A stretch of 64,000 nucleotides of DNA from Leucoraja erinacea (Eukaryota): positions 4,898,001-4,962,000 of the forward strand of contig NC_073403.1 of the NCBI RefSeq assembly GCF_028641065.1, written 5' to 3'. The notes beneath the pieces are model-generated. The model saw nothing but the letters and a program-made list of their open reading frames with translations, had not been told where the DNA came from and did no database searches. Made by a program: the position numbers and the translations under genes. This document shows, piece after piece, positions 37,345-51,343 of the stretch; positions within the stretch are counted from its first letter, which is position 1; each line of letters begins with the position of its first letter.

Positions 37345-38700
37345 CGCAGTCACCAGTGGTGTTCCCCAGTGCTCAGTCCTAGGGCCCCTCATTTTTATCA
37401 TTTATTTACTTCCCCTTGGTTTTATTTTCAGGAAATACAACATTCAATTTCACTGCTACGCGGATGAAACCCAGCTCTACCTGTCCCACCAAACCCACTT
37501 CCATGCTTCCTCCCTCTTCCCTGTCTGCCTGCTTAGTGGAAATTAAAACCGTGTTTGCTCACAACTTCCTCAAACTCAACAGTGGCAAGACTGAAATTCT
37601 CCTTGTTGGCTCCAAATCCACCTTATCTAACTGTCCCAATATCTCATTCACCATTGACAATTCCATAGTCCCTCCTTCCCCCCAGGTCAAGAGTCTGGGT
37701 GTCATCCTTGATAGCGCACTTTCTTTTGAAAAACACATCAATAGTCTCACTCGGTCTGCTTACTTCCACCTACGCACTATCCACCGTCTTCGCCCATCAC
37801 TCACCCCTAACAGCACTGCTACTCTCATCCACGCCCTCGTCACCTCCATTATTGATTATTCAACTCACTCCTCTCTAGTTTACCCCACAAGTCCATCCAT
37901 AAACTCCAGTTGGTCCAGAACTCAGCTGCCCGTACTATCACCAGAACCCCATCCACTGAACACATCACTCCCACCCTCACCCTCAGTGATAGGATGAGAA
38001 TTTTTATACTGACGAATTGTAATGTTTATGTTGGCCAAAAATAGGACACCTTGATAGTGTCCTCTGTGATGTTCAAAGGAAAGACTCTGAACTCTTGAAG
38101 TCCCTGTCCAATTGGTTTTAAGATTCTCCTCCTCACTTTCAAAGCCCTCCACAATCTCGCTCCTCCATACCTCTCTGAACTCCTCCAGCCTTACACTCCA
38201 TCCCGAACTCTCTGATCCTCTTCTTCCTCCCTGCTCTCCACTCCATCTGCCTGCCCGCCCACGATGGGGTTCAGAGCCTACAGCCGTTTTGCCCCCCGCC
38301 TCTGGAACTCTCTCCCACCTTCCACCTGTACTATAGAGTCTCTCCCCACCTTTAAAACCTCCCTCAAAACTCACCTATCCAGCCTGGCCTATCCCACGTA
38401 ACTCCACCTTCTATCAAATTCATGGATGTGTTGTTTTTGTTTCATTTTGTACTGTTCTGGGTCTTTTTGCTTTTTCTTTTTTATTTTATATGGGTTTATT
38501 GACATTTAATCTACTCAATTAGTTTAATCAATCTCTGTAAAGCACTTTGGTTCAAAGTGATTTTGTTTAAAAGTGCTATATAAATAAATATTATTATATT
38601 ATTATTTTATTTATATATTTGCAATTTGCTTGTTTTAACTGTAAGGTGTCCTTGAGTGCTCTGAAAGGGCGGCCATAAATAAGATGCATTATTATTATTA
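37345..38700 (+). mobile_element. L2-clade LINE 3' fragment
   Basis: [24 protein letters not shown] and [12 protein letters not shown], frameshifted; L2-type 3' ends TGTAAAGCACTTTG and TGTAAGGTGTCCTTGAG followed by (TAT)n. Confidence 0.8.
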
Positions 38701-39217
38701 ATATCAGCAACCGCGGGAGAGGTGCCGACTGGAACCAAGGATTATGAAGTTCTCGTCCGTTTAATGCTATCTCTGGTCTCAGACTTGGGGAGGAAGCACA
38801 GTGGTTTCAAGACTAAGTTGGATGGAAGAAGTTCCGAGGTTGGACTAGGTCCGAAGAAAGGTCCCAACACAAAACATCACCTATCCCTTTCTCCAGAGAT
38901 GCTGTCTGACCCACTGAGTTATTCCAGCACCGTGCGTCTATCTTTAGGATGGAAAACAGATTGGCAGAATTTAAATTAAAAATTCATCCACCTAACAATA
39001 CTTCTTTGGCATATCACTACACTCTAGAGGCCAAATGCCTCAGACGTTTGCTACTTGCCACAACTAGATTGCACTAGTGTCGCTGGGCTCTCCCACTCCT
39101 TCACTTCACCGCAATACCGTCATCTTCCATTTCCATCACTCATCTATTTATCTAACTTCCCATAAATAAAATCGTCAAGTCCAAATTATAAATGACTCTA
39201 ACGTTGTTGAAGCTTAC

Positions 39218-39329
39218 CTGTTCAAAACCCGGCTCATTGTGATATGGGTTCTCAGTCATCAGGGACTGAATGGATATGAGTACTGAAGAGATGCTCTGGG
39301 CCGGGCTCCATGCTGGACCTGTCCAGGTG
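39218..39329 (-). CDS. UBE2Z: UBE2Z exon 4
   Basis: ttttag|(G)[37 protein letters not shown]|gtaagc, 112 nt. Confidence 0.97.
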
Positions 39330-39749
39330 CTAAAATGAAAGATGTCTCCTTAAGACAGAGCAGAAACCTCCAAAATCAGAATATTGGTGATTCGGCACCA
39401 ATCTCATGCGATATCGGCAAATCTTTTATTTAGTGCAAATCGTCAGCCTGCAACTGTTTTCTTTAAAATACAAAATGCTGCAATCATTCAGCGGGTCGGG
39501 GAGCATCGATGGGAAGAGACACTGCCTGGTCCGCTGAGCACTTGTGGCTTTTATTCCAGCTTTCCACAACTCCAAACGCAGGCAGGACGGACTAGTGTAG
39601 ATGGGGCATGCTGGTCGGTGTGGGCAAGTTGGGTCTGTTTCCACACTGTGTGACTCTGTGAACTGGTGGTTCGGTGATCCCTCTGAATTTTATAGTCGGC
39701 AGGGCAGTACTCTGCATATCGCCAACTTGGACAATTTTTACATTTTATC

Positions 39750-39952
39750 AAGCCAATTAATCAATCCAATTAACCTACAAACCGGTATGTCTTTGGAGTG
39801 TGGGAGGAAACTGAAGACCTCGGAGAAAACCCACGCAGGTCACGGGGAGAACGTACAAACTCTATACAGACAGCATCTGTAGTCGGGATCAAACCCGGAT
39901 CTCTGGCGCTGCATTTTGCTATAAGGCAGCAAATCTACCGCTGTGCCACTGT
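39750..39952 (-). mobile_element. V-SINE
   Basis: Reverse complement of the same SINE head and V-domain; another copy at ~16975-17175 (-). Confidence 0.75.
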
Positions 39953-40486
39953 TCTTGTGTTGTACTCTCTATGATTCTGTCTTTGCAAGGACAGCAAAGC
40001 AAAACGTAACTGCATATTCGCACATCCACTGTGCCAAACATCATAGCATTCTGCATCTCTTTATGAGGTGTGTCAATTGCTGATTTCTGCTGGTAAAATG
40101 GCTCAGCGGGTCAGGCAGCATCTCTGGAAAAAAAGGATGAGTGATGTTTTGAGTCGGAACCCATCTTCAGCCAGTCTGGAGACCAGTTCCAACTCGAAAC
40201 GTCACTCGTTCTTTTTCTCCAGAGATGCTGTCTGACCCGCTGAGTTACTCCAGCACTTTGTGTCTACCCTCAGTACAAACCAGCATCTGCAGTTCCTTCA
40301 TACGTTCATAAGTGATAGGAGCAGAATTAGGCCACTCTGCCCATCAAAGACCCTTCCTCAACATTAGGTAATTCTCTCAACTGGTTGCAGAGTTCAGCAT
40401 TCAGCCCTGCCTCAGCCTAGTGGGAGGCATTTCAACTTTACTCAGAAATATATGCACTGCATCTCCACCTGACTGTCAGTACTTAC

Positions 40487-40674
40487 CCAAGTATGCTGAG
40501 GCACACTTTGCCGTTTCTGTAAAAATTTGGGTTAAAGCGCACGCTGTTATTTCCAGTTGTCACGAGTTTGACCCTCGGAGGGTGGATGGGATAGTCAGGA
40601 GGGCAGCGAAAGAGAAAAAGAAAAAAGCCCCCTTCATACGGTGTGTCGAAAGGTCCTGTGATTAGTGCATGGAT
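40487..40674 (-). CDS. UBE2Z: UBE2Z exon 3 (UBC core with catalytic Cys)
   Basis: gcag|[62 protein letters not shown](G)|gtaagt, 188 nt; NPN and VCLS motifs intact. Confidence 0.98.
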
Positions 40675-41089
40675 CTGCATGGAAACGACACAGAAAATCT
40701 GATCAGAATGTACTTAACAATTACAGGGCATCAACCAACAAGAGAAAAATTCACGTGTTACAGTGCCCTCCAAATTGTTTGGGACCAAGACCCGTCATTT
40801 ATTTATTTGCCTTTGTACTCCACAATTTGAGATTTGTAATAGAAATCACACGTGGTTAAATTGCCAAATTCTATTGGGAGGCCGTTTTTGTATATTTTGG
40901 TTTCACCATGTAGAAATTACAGCTGTGTTCAAAAGAGCTAACATAGAGCTCTTGGGGCTAGCAGAATCAAGGGCTATGGGGAGAAGGCAGGAACAGGGAT
41001 ACTGATTGTGGATGATCAACCATGATCACATTGAATGGCGCTGCTGGCTCGAAGGGCCGAATGGCCTACTATTCCTATTGTCTATGTAT

Positions 41090-41760
41090 AAGCTATGCCC
41101 TCTATTCTTTGACATTTTCTTCCAGGGAAAAAGGTTCTAGCTTTCTATCCTATCTATGCCTTTCAAAATGTTATACATTTCTATCAGGTCTTGACTCAAC
41201 TTCCATAGAAAACAATTCAAGTTTGTGCAACTTTTCCTTATTAGCTAATACACCCTAATCAAGGCAGTATTTTGGTAAACCTCTTCTGCACCTTCCCCCA
41301 AGCCTCCACATCCTTCCGGTAAAGGACTGATCAGAACTGCATGCGATACTCCAAATACGGCTTTACCAAAGTCTTAAAGAGCAGCAACAAGACTACCTGA
41401 CTTTTATACTTAATACCCTGAAGTATTAAGGGTTCAGAAGGTTAGCATTCTATAACCTACTTCTATCCACCACTCTATCTATGTGTTGCCACTTTCAGGG
41501 AGCTATGGACCAGGACCCCAAGATCCCTCTCACATCAATGCCGTTAATGGTCTTGCCACCTACTGCATACTCCCTCCTTACATTTTGCCTCCCAAAGTGC
41601 AAAACGCCACACTTGCTTGGATTAAACTCCAGCTCCCATTTCTCTGTCCTTATATGTCGGTATTCTATATCCTGATGTACACGTTGACAGCCTTCCTCAC
41701 TGTCTGCAACCCCATCAATCTTGGTGTCATCTGCAAATTTGCCATCTACATGCATGTCCA
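41090..41760 (-). mobile_element. Older CR1 fragment
   Basis: KFADDTKIDGVADSEEGCQR..FNPSKCGVLHFGR. Confidence 0.8.
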
Positions 41761-41889
41761 AGTCATCTATTCCACATGCAATTATATGGATCTGAATTAA
41801 CTCTAAAGGTCAGATTTCAGAATGTATTTTTGGTTTAATATGGAATGCTAAACGAAATTGTGTATGTGTGTAACACGTTGCAGTCACAC

Positions 41890-41962
41890 CTTGGTCATAT
41901 CTTGTGGGTCTGGCACCACAAACATCCCCGGGGGCGGCTCTTTGTAAATGGACATGATATCC
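41890..41962 (-). CDS. UBE2Z: UBE2Z exon 2
   Basis: tgcag|(R)DIMSIYKEPPPGMFVVPDPQDMTK|gtgtga, 73 nt. Confidence 0.96.
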
Positions 41963-44900
41963 CTGCATCAGAGAAGGAGGACAGCATTAAAACACATTCA
42001 ACGTTAGACTGCAAAGCTGCATACTACAACAACTAATTCAATCACTGTAACTGAAGTCTTTAAAATTGTGAAAGGATTTGAACTTTTAGTTTAGTTTTTG
42101 ATTTGCTCTCTGCGGAGAAAAAAAAAGAATAATGCAACAAACACCGGGAGAGACAGAGAGATTCAAAGACAGTGTGAACTCCCTGGCAATTGGGAGTGAT
42201 GATCAATGTTTGCTGCAGAACAAGGGGCAGAGAAATGGCAGCTTCATCCCAGAAACAGTTTGTGTTTTTGGAACACTTTCCCAACCCAACCAAATTCTAG
42301 AGAACATACATACAGAGGTAAAGAATCCCAGATTAAACCCAATCCAGTTCCCGTTCTATTGCGCTTTTCATCCACGTAACCACAAAATCCCAGGTAAACC
42401 ACGTGAAAAAGGTAGAGGACTCAATATCGTTTCTGATAATCATTTAACTGCATCACTGATAAAGCTAGCGTTTATTCCCCATCCCAATTGCTCGAGAAGG
42501 TGTTGGCGAGCTGCCTCTTGAACCCCTGCGGTTCTTTTGGTTAAGTTGCTTCCAGTGTTGTTGGGACTTATCATGTTCTTTGTGCTGGGGTGCAGAGTCA
42601 TACAGCGTGGAAATAGGCCAAACAGACTGACGCCAAACAACATACCCTCTAAACCTATCCTATGCTACCCATGAGCCTGTCCAATTGTCTCTTAAATGTG
42701 ATGATAGTGCCTGCAGTACTAATCCTGGGCGATTTTCCGTATTGCCAGGTAGATGTCAGTGTTATGACAGTACTGCTTTGCCTAGATGGCAGCCAGCTCT
42801 GGTGTACATGACCACACTTGGGACGTTGTCTGTGCTTTCAGTCATTGCTCGGTATCGTGCGGAGTGAATTGATGGGCTGCACACTCTTGTGGTGGCATGG
42901 ATGTCGGGAGAAGTCCAGATGCATCATCTATTCGGCATTTCCGACATATCAAATGAAGCAGATCTGCCACCCTATCACAGCCTGTGGACTGTTGCTGCTA
43001 AAAATAAAGGCTGAACATCAGATAAGAATAGAATTAAGATTAGCAGTGATGGCTTCCACAGTCGAATTGCTCATGAAGACGAACAGTGAATTTGTCCTTG
43101 AAGACACACTGGAATGATGACATGTGAGCGGAGTTAGCAAAGTCTATTGACAATCAAGAAATTTTGTTCTGAAATATTACGCTTCAATTTTTCGTCCTGC
43201 TAGAATTTGATGACAGAATTTAACAGGCAATATTTAATGTAGAGCCCCAGCAAAATTGGTCAGTCTATTCAATAACAGATCAATAATAGAAAACAACAGC
43301 CGTGCCAAAAGCTAAAAGGTCGCAACACAAAATGCCAAAGCTTAGAACATCGCCAACTCCAGTCTGGATTAGATGCCACGTGAAGGAAATTTAGTTACAG
43401 AGAGCAATTTATTTAATTATTTAGTAAAGTGTGATTGCAGATCCACTTCTGTGACCCGTACACAAAGAGTCGCCTGGCCTGGGCGCCATCTTGGATTGCA
43501 CGAGCAGATACAAAAACTGTATGTACATTCAGAATACACTCAAAACATGTTTTGAGACAATTAAGCACCTTTGAAGTACCGTCACTGTAGAAATGTAGAA
43601 AATACAGTCTAATTGCACAAAACAAGTTCCGATGTAATAGACGGAGAATGGTTTTGTTAAAATTATGCTCTCGGCACCTCTGGACCAAATTGCTTCACCA
43701 TACACCAAAAGAGCTCACTAATAATTCTTCGGAAGGAGAGCAGGAACTGTATTTTTTTTAAAATGTTGATCTCGTGCTCATCTCCAGAAGAGAATGAACC
43801 ATAAATACCCAAGGGCCTTCAGTTATTTAGCCAAGGTGCACTGGAAGCTCTCAAGGATACACGAACCAAGACCTTGTGACTTAGTTTCAACAAAGCCTTA
43901 GTTTTTTTTAGAATTTAACCTACTGCATAATTTATTGGAGCAGTGTCAATCATGATATGTTCATTGATAATTAAAAATTAACTGAATGGACAAAACTGTG
44001 CTAAATGGATTTCAATGCAGGTAGATATAAGGCTGTCCATTCAAAACTAGCACAGAGATTGCTTTCCAAACGGAGGGGTACATAAATCATTAAAATATCA
44101 AGGAGAAAGTCAGAAAATAATTAAAATGGCAAACAGAACCTGGACCTTTACATCAGGAAAATTAAAATACACAGCATTAAGTCACGCAAGAGCTTGCCAG
44201 GACTACAATTGAAATACAGCTGGCAGTTCTGGGTGCCATTTAGGAATGATCCATTGGTCTTAAAAGAATAGATTTAGTCAAGCTATGAAGGTACAAGGGT
44301 GCGGGTCACCACTGCCTTCTCAACAGCCGTAAGAGATGGGCAAAAGGTAGGCCCAGGTCTTAAAAAATAACTGAATTCCAAGGATAAACTGAACAACCTC
44401 AGGGCGCATTCCCTAATTCAAAAGGTAAATCTGCAATTTGATTAACGTTTCGACGGTACTGAGGAGAATTATTAGAAAGGTTGAAAGAAACACTTGCCGC
44501 TGCAAATAGTTTGAAGTGAGGAATCCTCTCCCGCACAGAGCTGCCAGAGGTGGTAATTGAGGCAGGTACTATTTAAATTTAAAATAGCTCCTTCCAAGAC
44601 CGCAAGAAATTGCAGAGCATTGTGGATGCAGCCAAGGCCATCACGCAAACCAACCTCCCTTCCATTAACTCCATCTACACTTCACGCTGCCTCGGCAAGG
44701 CCACCAGCATAATCAAGGTCGGGTCTCACACTCCTTCTTTTCTTTCTCCTCTCTCACATCTGGCAAGAGGTGCAGAAGTGTGAAAATGCAAAGCTCCAGG
44801 TTCAGGAAGAGTTTCTTCCCAGTTCAGGCAACTGAACCATCCTATCACCAACTAGAGAGTACTCCTGACCTAGCATCCACTTCTTTGGAGACCTTGAGAC

Positions 44901-45045
44901 TACATGTAATTGGACTTTATCCTGCATCTGTCGACAGTGGATGGCAGGATTGTAATCATGTATAGTCTTTCTGCTGACTGAATAGCACACTTTTCACTGT
45001 ACCTTGGTCCACGTGACCAAAAACGAAACTAAAGGTGGCCCAAAG

Positions 45046-45478
45046 AAAAGATTGAAAAGACTAGGCTTGTATTCACTGGAGTTTAGAAGGATGAGGGGAT
45101 ATCTTATAGAAACATATAAAATTATAAAAGGACTGGACAAGCTAGATGCAGGAAAAATGTTCCTAATGTTGGGCGAGTCCAGAACCAGGGGCCACAGTCT
45201 TAGAATAAAGGGGAGATCATTTAAGACGGAGGTGAGAAAAAACGTTTTCACCCAGAGAGTTGTGAATGTATGGAATTCCCTGCCACAGGGGGCAGTGGAG
45301 GTCAAGTCACTGAATGGATTTAAGAGAGAGTTAGATAGAGCTCTAGGGGCTAGTTGAGTAAGGGGATATGGGGAGAAGGCAGGCACGGGTTATTGATAGG
45401 GGACGATCAGCCATGATCACAATGGCGGTGCTGGCTCGATGGACCAAATGGCCTCCTCCTGCACCTATTTTCTATGTT
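45046..45478 (+). mobile_element. CR1 3' fragment
   Basis: RLKRLGLYSLEFRRMRG...RTRGHSLRI...VVNVWNSLP plus family 3' UTR. Confidence 0.85.
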
Positions 45479-46459
45479 GGCCCGAAAGGCCTGTCTCCAT
45501 GCTGTATGGCTATCTAATAATTCTACAGCATAAGAATGGGTAGATCCACATTATACCCATTGTTTCACAACTCTCCATCTCCCTGCACAGAATATTACCA
45601 AAGGGGTTAGTTCGCAATATTTTAATTCCACCAAATCCTCTGTTGCTTTAAAATATTCACACAGGACAAATCATAAAGCTCCAAATACCTTCATCAGAAC
45701 ATCTGCAAATGTAACTGCTGGCACTTTGTTAGCTAGCAACAGATATGAATGCTCATGACCGTAGGGAGTTTAGCAGGGAGTGGGCCTCCATCACAGAGAG
45801 GAGTAGGAAGTTGAAATAAACACCAACGTTTGTGTAAAAGCAGTATGCAAATAAAGTTGGCTTTTGAAAACAAAAGAAAAAGCGGGCTTAGGGAATGCTG
45901 GTGGAGGAAAAACCGAGTTGAAGGTACAATGAAAAGAGACACCGTAAATATACATTTAGTACGCGCACTGATGTGCATTAAAGTGAAACTGATAGACACT
46001 GGAGTAACTCAGTGAGACAGGCAGTATCTTTGGAGAGAAGGAATGGGTGATGTTTCGGCTCGAGACACTTCTTGAGACTTGAGACGTCACATTCCTTCTC
46101 TCCAGAGATACTACCTGACCCGCTGAGTTACTCCATCAATTAGTGTCTATCTTCGGTTTAATCAGGCATCTGCAGTTCCTTCCTGTACAAGTGAAACTGA
46201 TAGTTGTGTACGAGGGAGGCTGGGATTGAAAGGATCGCGGATGAAGGAAGTGATTGAGCTCAGGAGACTGCACCATGAACGTTCTCCTAGACCATTCTTG
46301 CTTTTTGCTCCTTACTGCACCCTGCTATCCTAAACATCCCCCCCCTCCCTCCATCTCACAGCGACCCCCAGAAGCCCCCGTCCTCTACACCCCCTGGATA
46401 TTGGGTTACTTCACTAACGCCCTTCCCCCACCCTTCTCCTGTGTCCCCCCTCTTCTCTC

Positions 46460-47005
46460 CATTGTGACCCCTCTCCCCTGTGATCCCTCACCTCGTCCCC
46501 TCTCTCCCTATGACCCCTCACCCTGTGACCCCTCTCCCTGTGACCGCTCACCTCGTCACCCCTCTCCCTGTGACCCCTCACCCCGTCCCCTCTCCATATG
46601 ACCCCTCACCCCGTCCCCCGCCCTGTGACCCCTCACCTCGTCACCCCTCGCCCTGTGACCCCCCACTCCTCTCCCTCCCCCTCTCCGTCCCCTCGCCGTG
46701 ACCCCCTCACCTCGTCCTGTGACCCCTCTGTCGTCCCCCTCACCCTGTGACCCCCTCCTCCTCACCCTGTGACCCCTCACCCCGTCCTGTACCCCCCCCC
46801 TCCTCACCCTGTGACCCCTCACCTCGTCCCCTCGCCCTATGACCCCTCACTCACTCTCCCTGTGACCCCTCACCTCGTCCACCTCTCTCCCTCCTCACCC
46901 CTCACCTCTCCCCTCCCTGTGACCCCCTCACTCCTCACCCTGTGACCCCTCACCCCCGCCCTGTGACCCCTCACTCCTCACCCTGTGACCCCTCACCCCG
47001 CCTCT
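46460..47005. repeat. CCCTGTGACCCCTCA minisatellite at the start of UBE2Z intron 1
   Basis: Many degenerate copies of CCCTGTGACCCCTC(A), G-rich on the transcribed sense (-) strand. Confidence 0.9.
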
Positions 47006-47036
47006 TGTCCCCTCTGGGCCGGCCTAACGAACCCAC

Positions 47037-47209
47037 CTCTTGATCCGCAGCAGGCAGGGCTGCGAGGGCTTCTCGTTGTCCCAGTCGGTGCTGAGGGTGG
47101 GGTCCCACGAGGTGGCGTGGAGCTGACTGAGGAGGCCGCTCGCCACCGTGCCGGTGCTGCCTGGTAACAGCATCGGGCTCACGCTCTCCTCCACCGGGGC
47201 CTCCGCCAT
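47037..47209 (-). CDS. UBE2Z: UBE2Z coding exon 1
   Basis: AAGATGG Kozak; MAEAPVEES...SWDPTLSTDWDNEKPSQPCLLRIK(R)|gtgggt. The seven exons total 921 nt = 306 aa + stop. Confidence 0.95.
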
Positions 47210-47274
47210 CTTGCCCGCTCCGCCCGCACTGCGCGCACGCGCCGACAGCCGGCCGGCCCCGGCGTCAGCAGCGC

Positions 47275-48000
47275 CGCCACCGCCCGCTCCCAGTACTGCA
47301 GCCCGCCCGCCCGCCGCAAACACCGCCCCCCCGCCGCCCGCTCCCAGTACTGCCAGCCCGCCCGCCCGCCACAAACACCGCCACCCGCCGCCCGCTCCCA
47401 GTACTGCAGCCCGCCCGCCCGCCGCAAACACCGCCCCCCGCCGCCCGCTCCCAGTACTGCCGCCCCTCCCAGTACTGCAGCCCGCCCGCCCGCCGCAAAC
47501 ACCGCCACCCGCCGCCCGCTCCCAGTACTGCAGCCGCCCGCCCGCCCACCGCCACCCGCCCGCCCGCTCCCAGTACTGCAGCCCGCCCGCCCGCCGCAAA
47601 AAACCCGCCCACCGCCGCCCGCTCCCAGTACTGCCGCCCGCCCGCCCGCCCGCCGCAAACACCGCCACCCGCCGCCCGCTCCCAGTACTGCCGCCCGCCC
47701 GCCCGCCACAAACACCGCCACCCGCCGCCCGCTCCCAGTACTGCAGCCCGCCCGCCCGCCACAAACACAAACCCACCGCCCCTCCCGCTGCGCCCCCGCC
47801 CTCCCCAGTACCGCCGCCGCCCCGCTCCCAGTACCGCCCGCCAGTACCAAAGATCTTTGGCCAGTACTGCGCCCCCGCCCGCCCACCGCAAACACCGCCA
47901 CCTGCCGTCCGCTCCCAGTACTGTCGCCCGCCCGCCCGCCGCAAAACACACCGCCACCACCGCCCGCTCCCAGTACTGCCGCCCGCACGCCCGCCAGTAT
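47275..48000. repeat. GC-rich minisatellite in the UBE2Z promoter/5' region
   Basis: About 17 copies of core (CT)CCCAGTACTGC joined by (CCCG)n and CAAACACCGCC; period mostly ~50-57 bp. Confidence 0.9.
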
Positions 48001-50052
48001 CGTGAACTATGCAGCAGCCTCGCCCCGCGTCTTGCGTCTGCCACACACCCAGGCTCTGCAGCAAATGGCGGACTTGAGCAAGGAAACACTGCAATGCCGG
48101 CACAATGAGATTCCCAGAATAGTGCAAAAGATAAAATGCTGGAAAAACCCAAGCAGACGCAGCCTGACCGACTAAGCTAATCTGTGTACATATTTACGAA
48201 CATTCCCAGATTTTTTGCTTTTATTGCAAATTTCTAGTACATGCATTTTTTTTTGTTTTAAAAATCACTGCTGAATGTAAATGGGTGCCTCTATATATCA
48301 CACACTGCGCTGTTGAGTCACGTCCTTATGGGAAGAGCAGGAAGTGGGGAATTATCCACGTTACATACGATGTGCAACACCAAATGTCGTTTGACCCAAC
48401 CAGCTCTTACTGCCAAGCACATTGCGTAAATATAGTTGGTCCTATCTCTATAACTCATTTGTTTAATCTAATCGTAAAATATATCTACGCCCTATACCTC
48501 GACTACACAAGAGAACAAGGTAAAGATAGACACAAAAAGCTGGAGTAACTCAGCGGGACAGGCAGCAGCTCTGGAGAGAAGGAATCGGTGACGTTACTCA
48601 ATATTCTGACTGATGAAGGACAATGTGCCAAAAGCCTTTTTGACCACTTAATCGATCTGCGACTCAACCTTCGAGGAAGCATGCACCTGCACTCCGAGAA
48701 CCCTCTGCTCCACAACACTCCCCAGAGGCCTACCATCCGTTGTATAGGTCTTGCAGGACTAATCCTTAATCTTTATCTGCATGGATCCTATTTCTGTCTT
48801 GCCCCCTTTAAAAAAAAAATTACTGCTGCTCTGATGCCCAATAGGCATTGCAATTCCACTCCATTTCCTTCTATCCTTTATAAATCCATCTCACCCCGAA
48901 CTGATCCATCCTCATCCGATTTTTCTTTAGCCGTCTCATTACATCCCACCCAGTCTTGTTTCAGTTCAGTTAATTGTCATGTGTACTGTGGTTATAATGA
49001 ACAGCTTTTGCTGCATGCTAACCAGTCAGCAGAAAGACTATACATGATTATAATCGAAGGTAGACAAAAGTGCTGGTGAAACTCAGCGGGTAGAGCAGCC
49101 TCTATGGAGCAAAGGAAATTCGGGCGAAACCCTGCCTATTTCCTTCGCTCCACCCGCTGAGTTTCTCCAGCACTTTTGTCTACCTTCAATTTTCCAGCAT
49201 CTGCAGTTCCTTCTTAAACATGATTATAATCGAGCTGTCCAGTGTGTTCACTAACGCCAAGCTTTATTAGACACCATTGTCCAGAAAGTTGAACTCGTGT
49301 GAATTGGATTTCCAATCACCTTTAAAATCTCCACCCAGTTTAACTCCTAGAAATGTTTATGCAAACCACTCATCCATAACCTCCCATATTATTGTCATAT
49401 GCTCTTTTACTAACTATACTTTTTGTTCATATTTCTTGGAGATGTTTCCTTGTGTAAGGACTTTGACATCGTCCCGTTTACATAGATTACCTGACCTTGA
49501 TGTTAACCTCTTGCTGAGTTACTCCATTATTGTGTGTCGATCTTTGGTGCAGCTACATATGTGGGAATGCTCCAAGAATAAGGGGTAGGCCATTTAGAAA
49601 GGAGATGAGGAAAAACGCTTTCACCTGGAGAGTTGTGAATCTGAGGAATTCTCTGCCTCAGAAGGCAGTGGAGGCCAATTCCCTGGATGCTTTTGAGAGT
49701 TAAATAGAGCTCTTAAAGATAGCGGAGTCATGGGATATGGGGAGAAGACAGGAACAGGGTTCTGAATGTGGATGATCGAAGGGCCGAAGGCCTACTTCAG
49801 CACCGACCGTCTATTATAAGCAAGCCACGATGGGGCCTGTAAAGGTACTGCCATGTTTGAAGTACATCTGTTACAGACACGTTCATGGAATCATCAAAAT
49901 GTGAAGAATAAAGTCAGTTAGCGAGCAGCCTCATCACCGAGCGTTATCAAATTTCTGGCTCCATATGATTACCACACTCCTCAGTCATGCACTGTTTCTG
50001 GACAGGACAATGATTCATTACTGACACACATTTTAGGAGTTGGTTTAACCAT

Positions 50053-50058
50053 TTTATT
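50053..50058 (-). terminator. ATP5MC1: Candidate ATP5MC1 poly(A) signal
   Basis: AATAAA on the minus strand about 150 nt after the stop codon. Confidence 0.65.
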
Positions 50059-50209
50059 CAGACATCGATCCTGTTGGACTAAATCAAAGAGTTCTTACAC
50101 AATTGGACTGGACAAAATAATCGGTTTGAATACTCGGGGACGACAGAGGCCACCTGTCTTTGCAATAATTTACTCTTCCCCAACATGTCTTCCAGATCTC
50201 TGCAGGAAT

Positions 50210-50324
50210 TTACATGGCAAACAGGATGAGGAAGGCAACCATCAGACAGAAGAGCCCCATGGCTTCAGACAGGGCAAATCCCAGGATGGCGTAGGAGAAA
50301 AGCTGCTGTTTCAGAGAAGGGTTC
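50210..50324 (-). CDS. ATP5MC1: ATP synthase Fo subunit c, last coding exon
   Basis: acag|(R)[37 protein letters not shown]; proton-carrying Glu (LSEAM) intact. Isoform assigned from synteny with UBE2Z-SNF8. Confidence 0.96.
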
Positions 50325-51151
50325 CTGTTGAAGAGACAAAACAATGATTGAGTAAAGTAAATCCATATTCACTGATGAAGTGTCATTGGCATAAAACTTT
50401 AACTGGTTATCCAAGTCTGAAGAAGGGTCCCGACCCAAAACATAGTCTGTCCATTTGCTCCCCTAATGTAGCCTGAACCGCTTCTTCAAGATTCCAACAT
50501 CTGTAGCTCCTCGTCTCCACGATTACATTTTGGAGACACTGCCCAAATTGTTGATTTTGTTCGTTCCCTTGGCTACCTGCTCAGCAAATTTCATTGCCAC
50601 CCACGGTTGAGCTCCCATTAATCTTAGCACCCCATATATGGCGCCTTCTCCCACACACAGCAACCCTGCTTACTACCCATTGTCCTGTAACCTTCTTATC
50701 ATGTTGACCTAAACTACAATGGAACTTGCAGTGCAAAAAAGCAACCCAGCATTCTGCTCTGCACAACCGGTGGAATCAAAAAAAAAAAAAAAGTTCTAAT
50801 GGATGATTTTACCATAGGCCGCAGCACACATAAACAGACCTGGATAATGGTGAAATTCAAGCCGGTTCCTTCTCCCTAGAGTATTAATCCTCCTTTAGAT
50901 CGAAGCAACGTGGGACAGATTCAAAGTTTTACAGAACATGATTGGTAGTGTTTCCGGCTGAGTTAAAAGACACCCGACCCAAAATATCACCTATCTTTGT
51001 TCTCCAGAGACGCTGCTTGACCCGCGGAGTTACTCCAGCACTGTCTTTTGTTTTGTGTAAATCAGCATCTGAAGTTCCATGAGTCCACAGTTCCTTGGTT
51101 CAACACGTGATAGCTAAACTAACACTCCACAACTTGGCTCAAGGAGGCTCA

Positions 51152-51343
<192 letters not shown>

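Noticed and set aside
47275-48000. Regularly spaced repeats resembling a CRISPR array
   Set aside because: The spacers are themselves repetitive, the context is a eukaryotic spliced gene and there are no cas genes.
47024-48152. Four overlapping 269-367 aa ORFs
   Set aside because: Products of a GC-rich minisatellite poor in stop codons; only 47037-47209 is real UBE2Z coding sequence.
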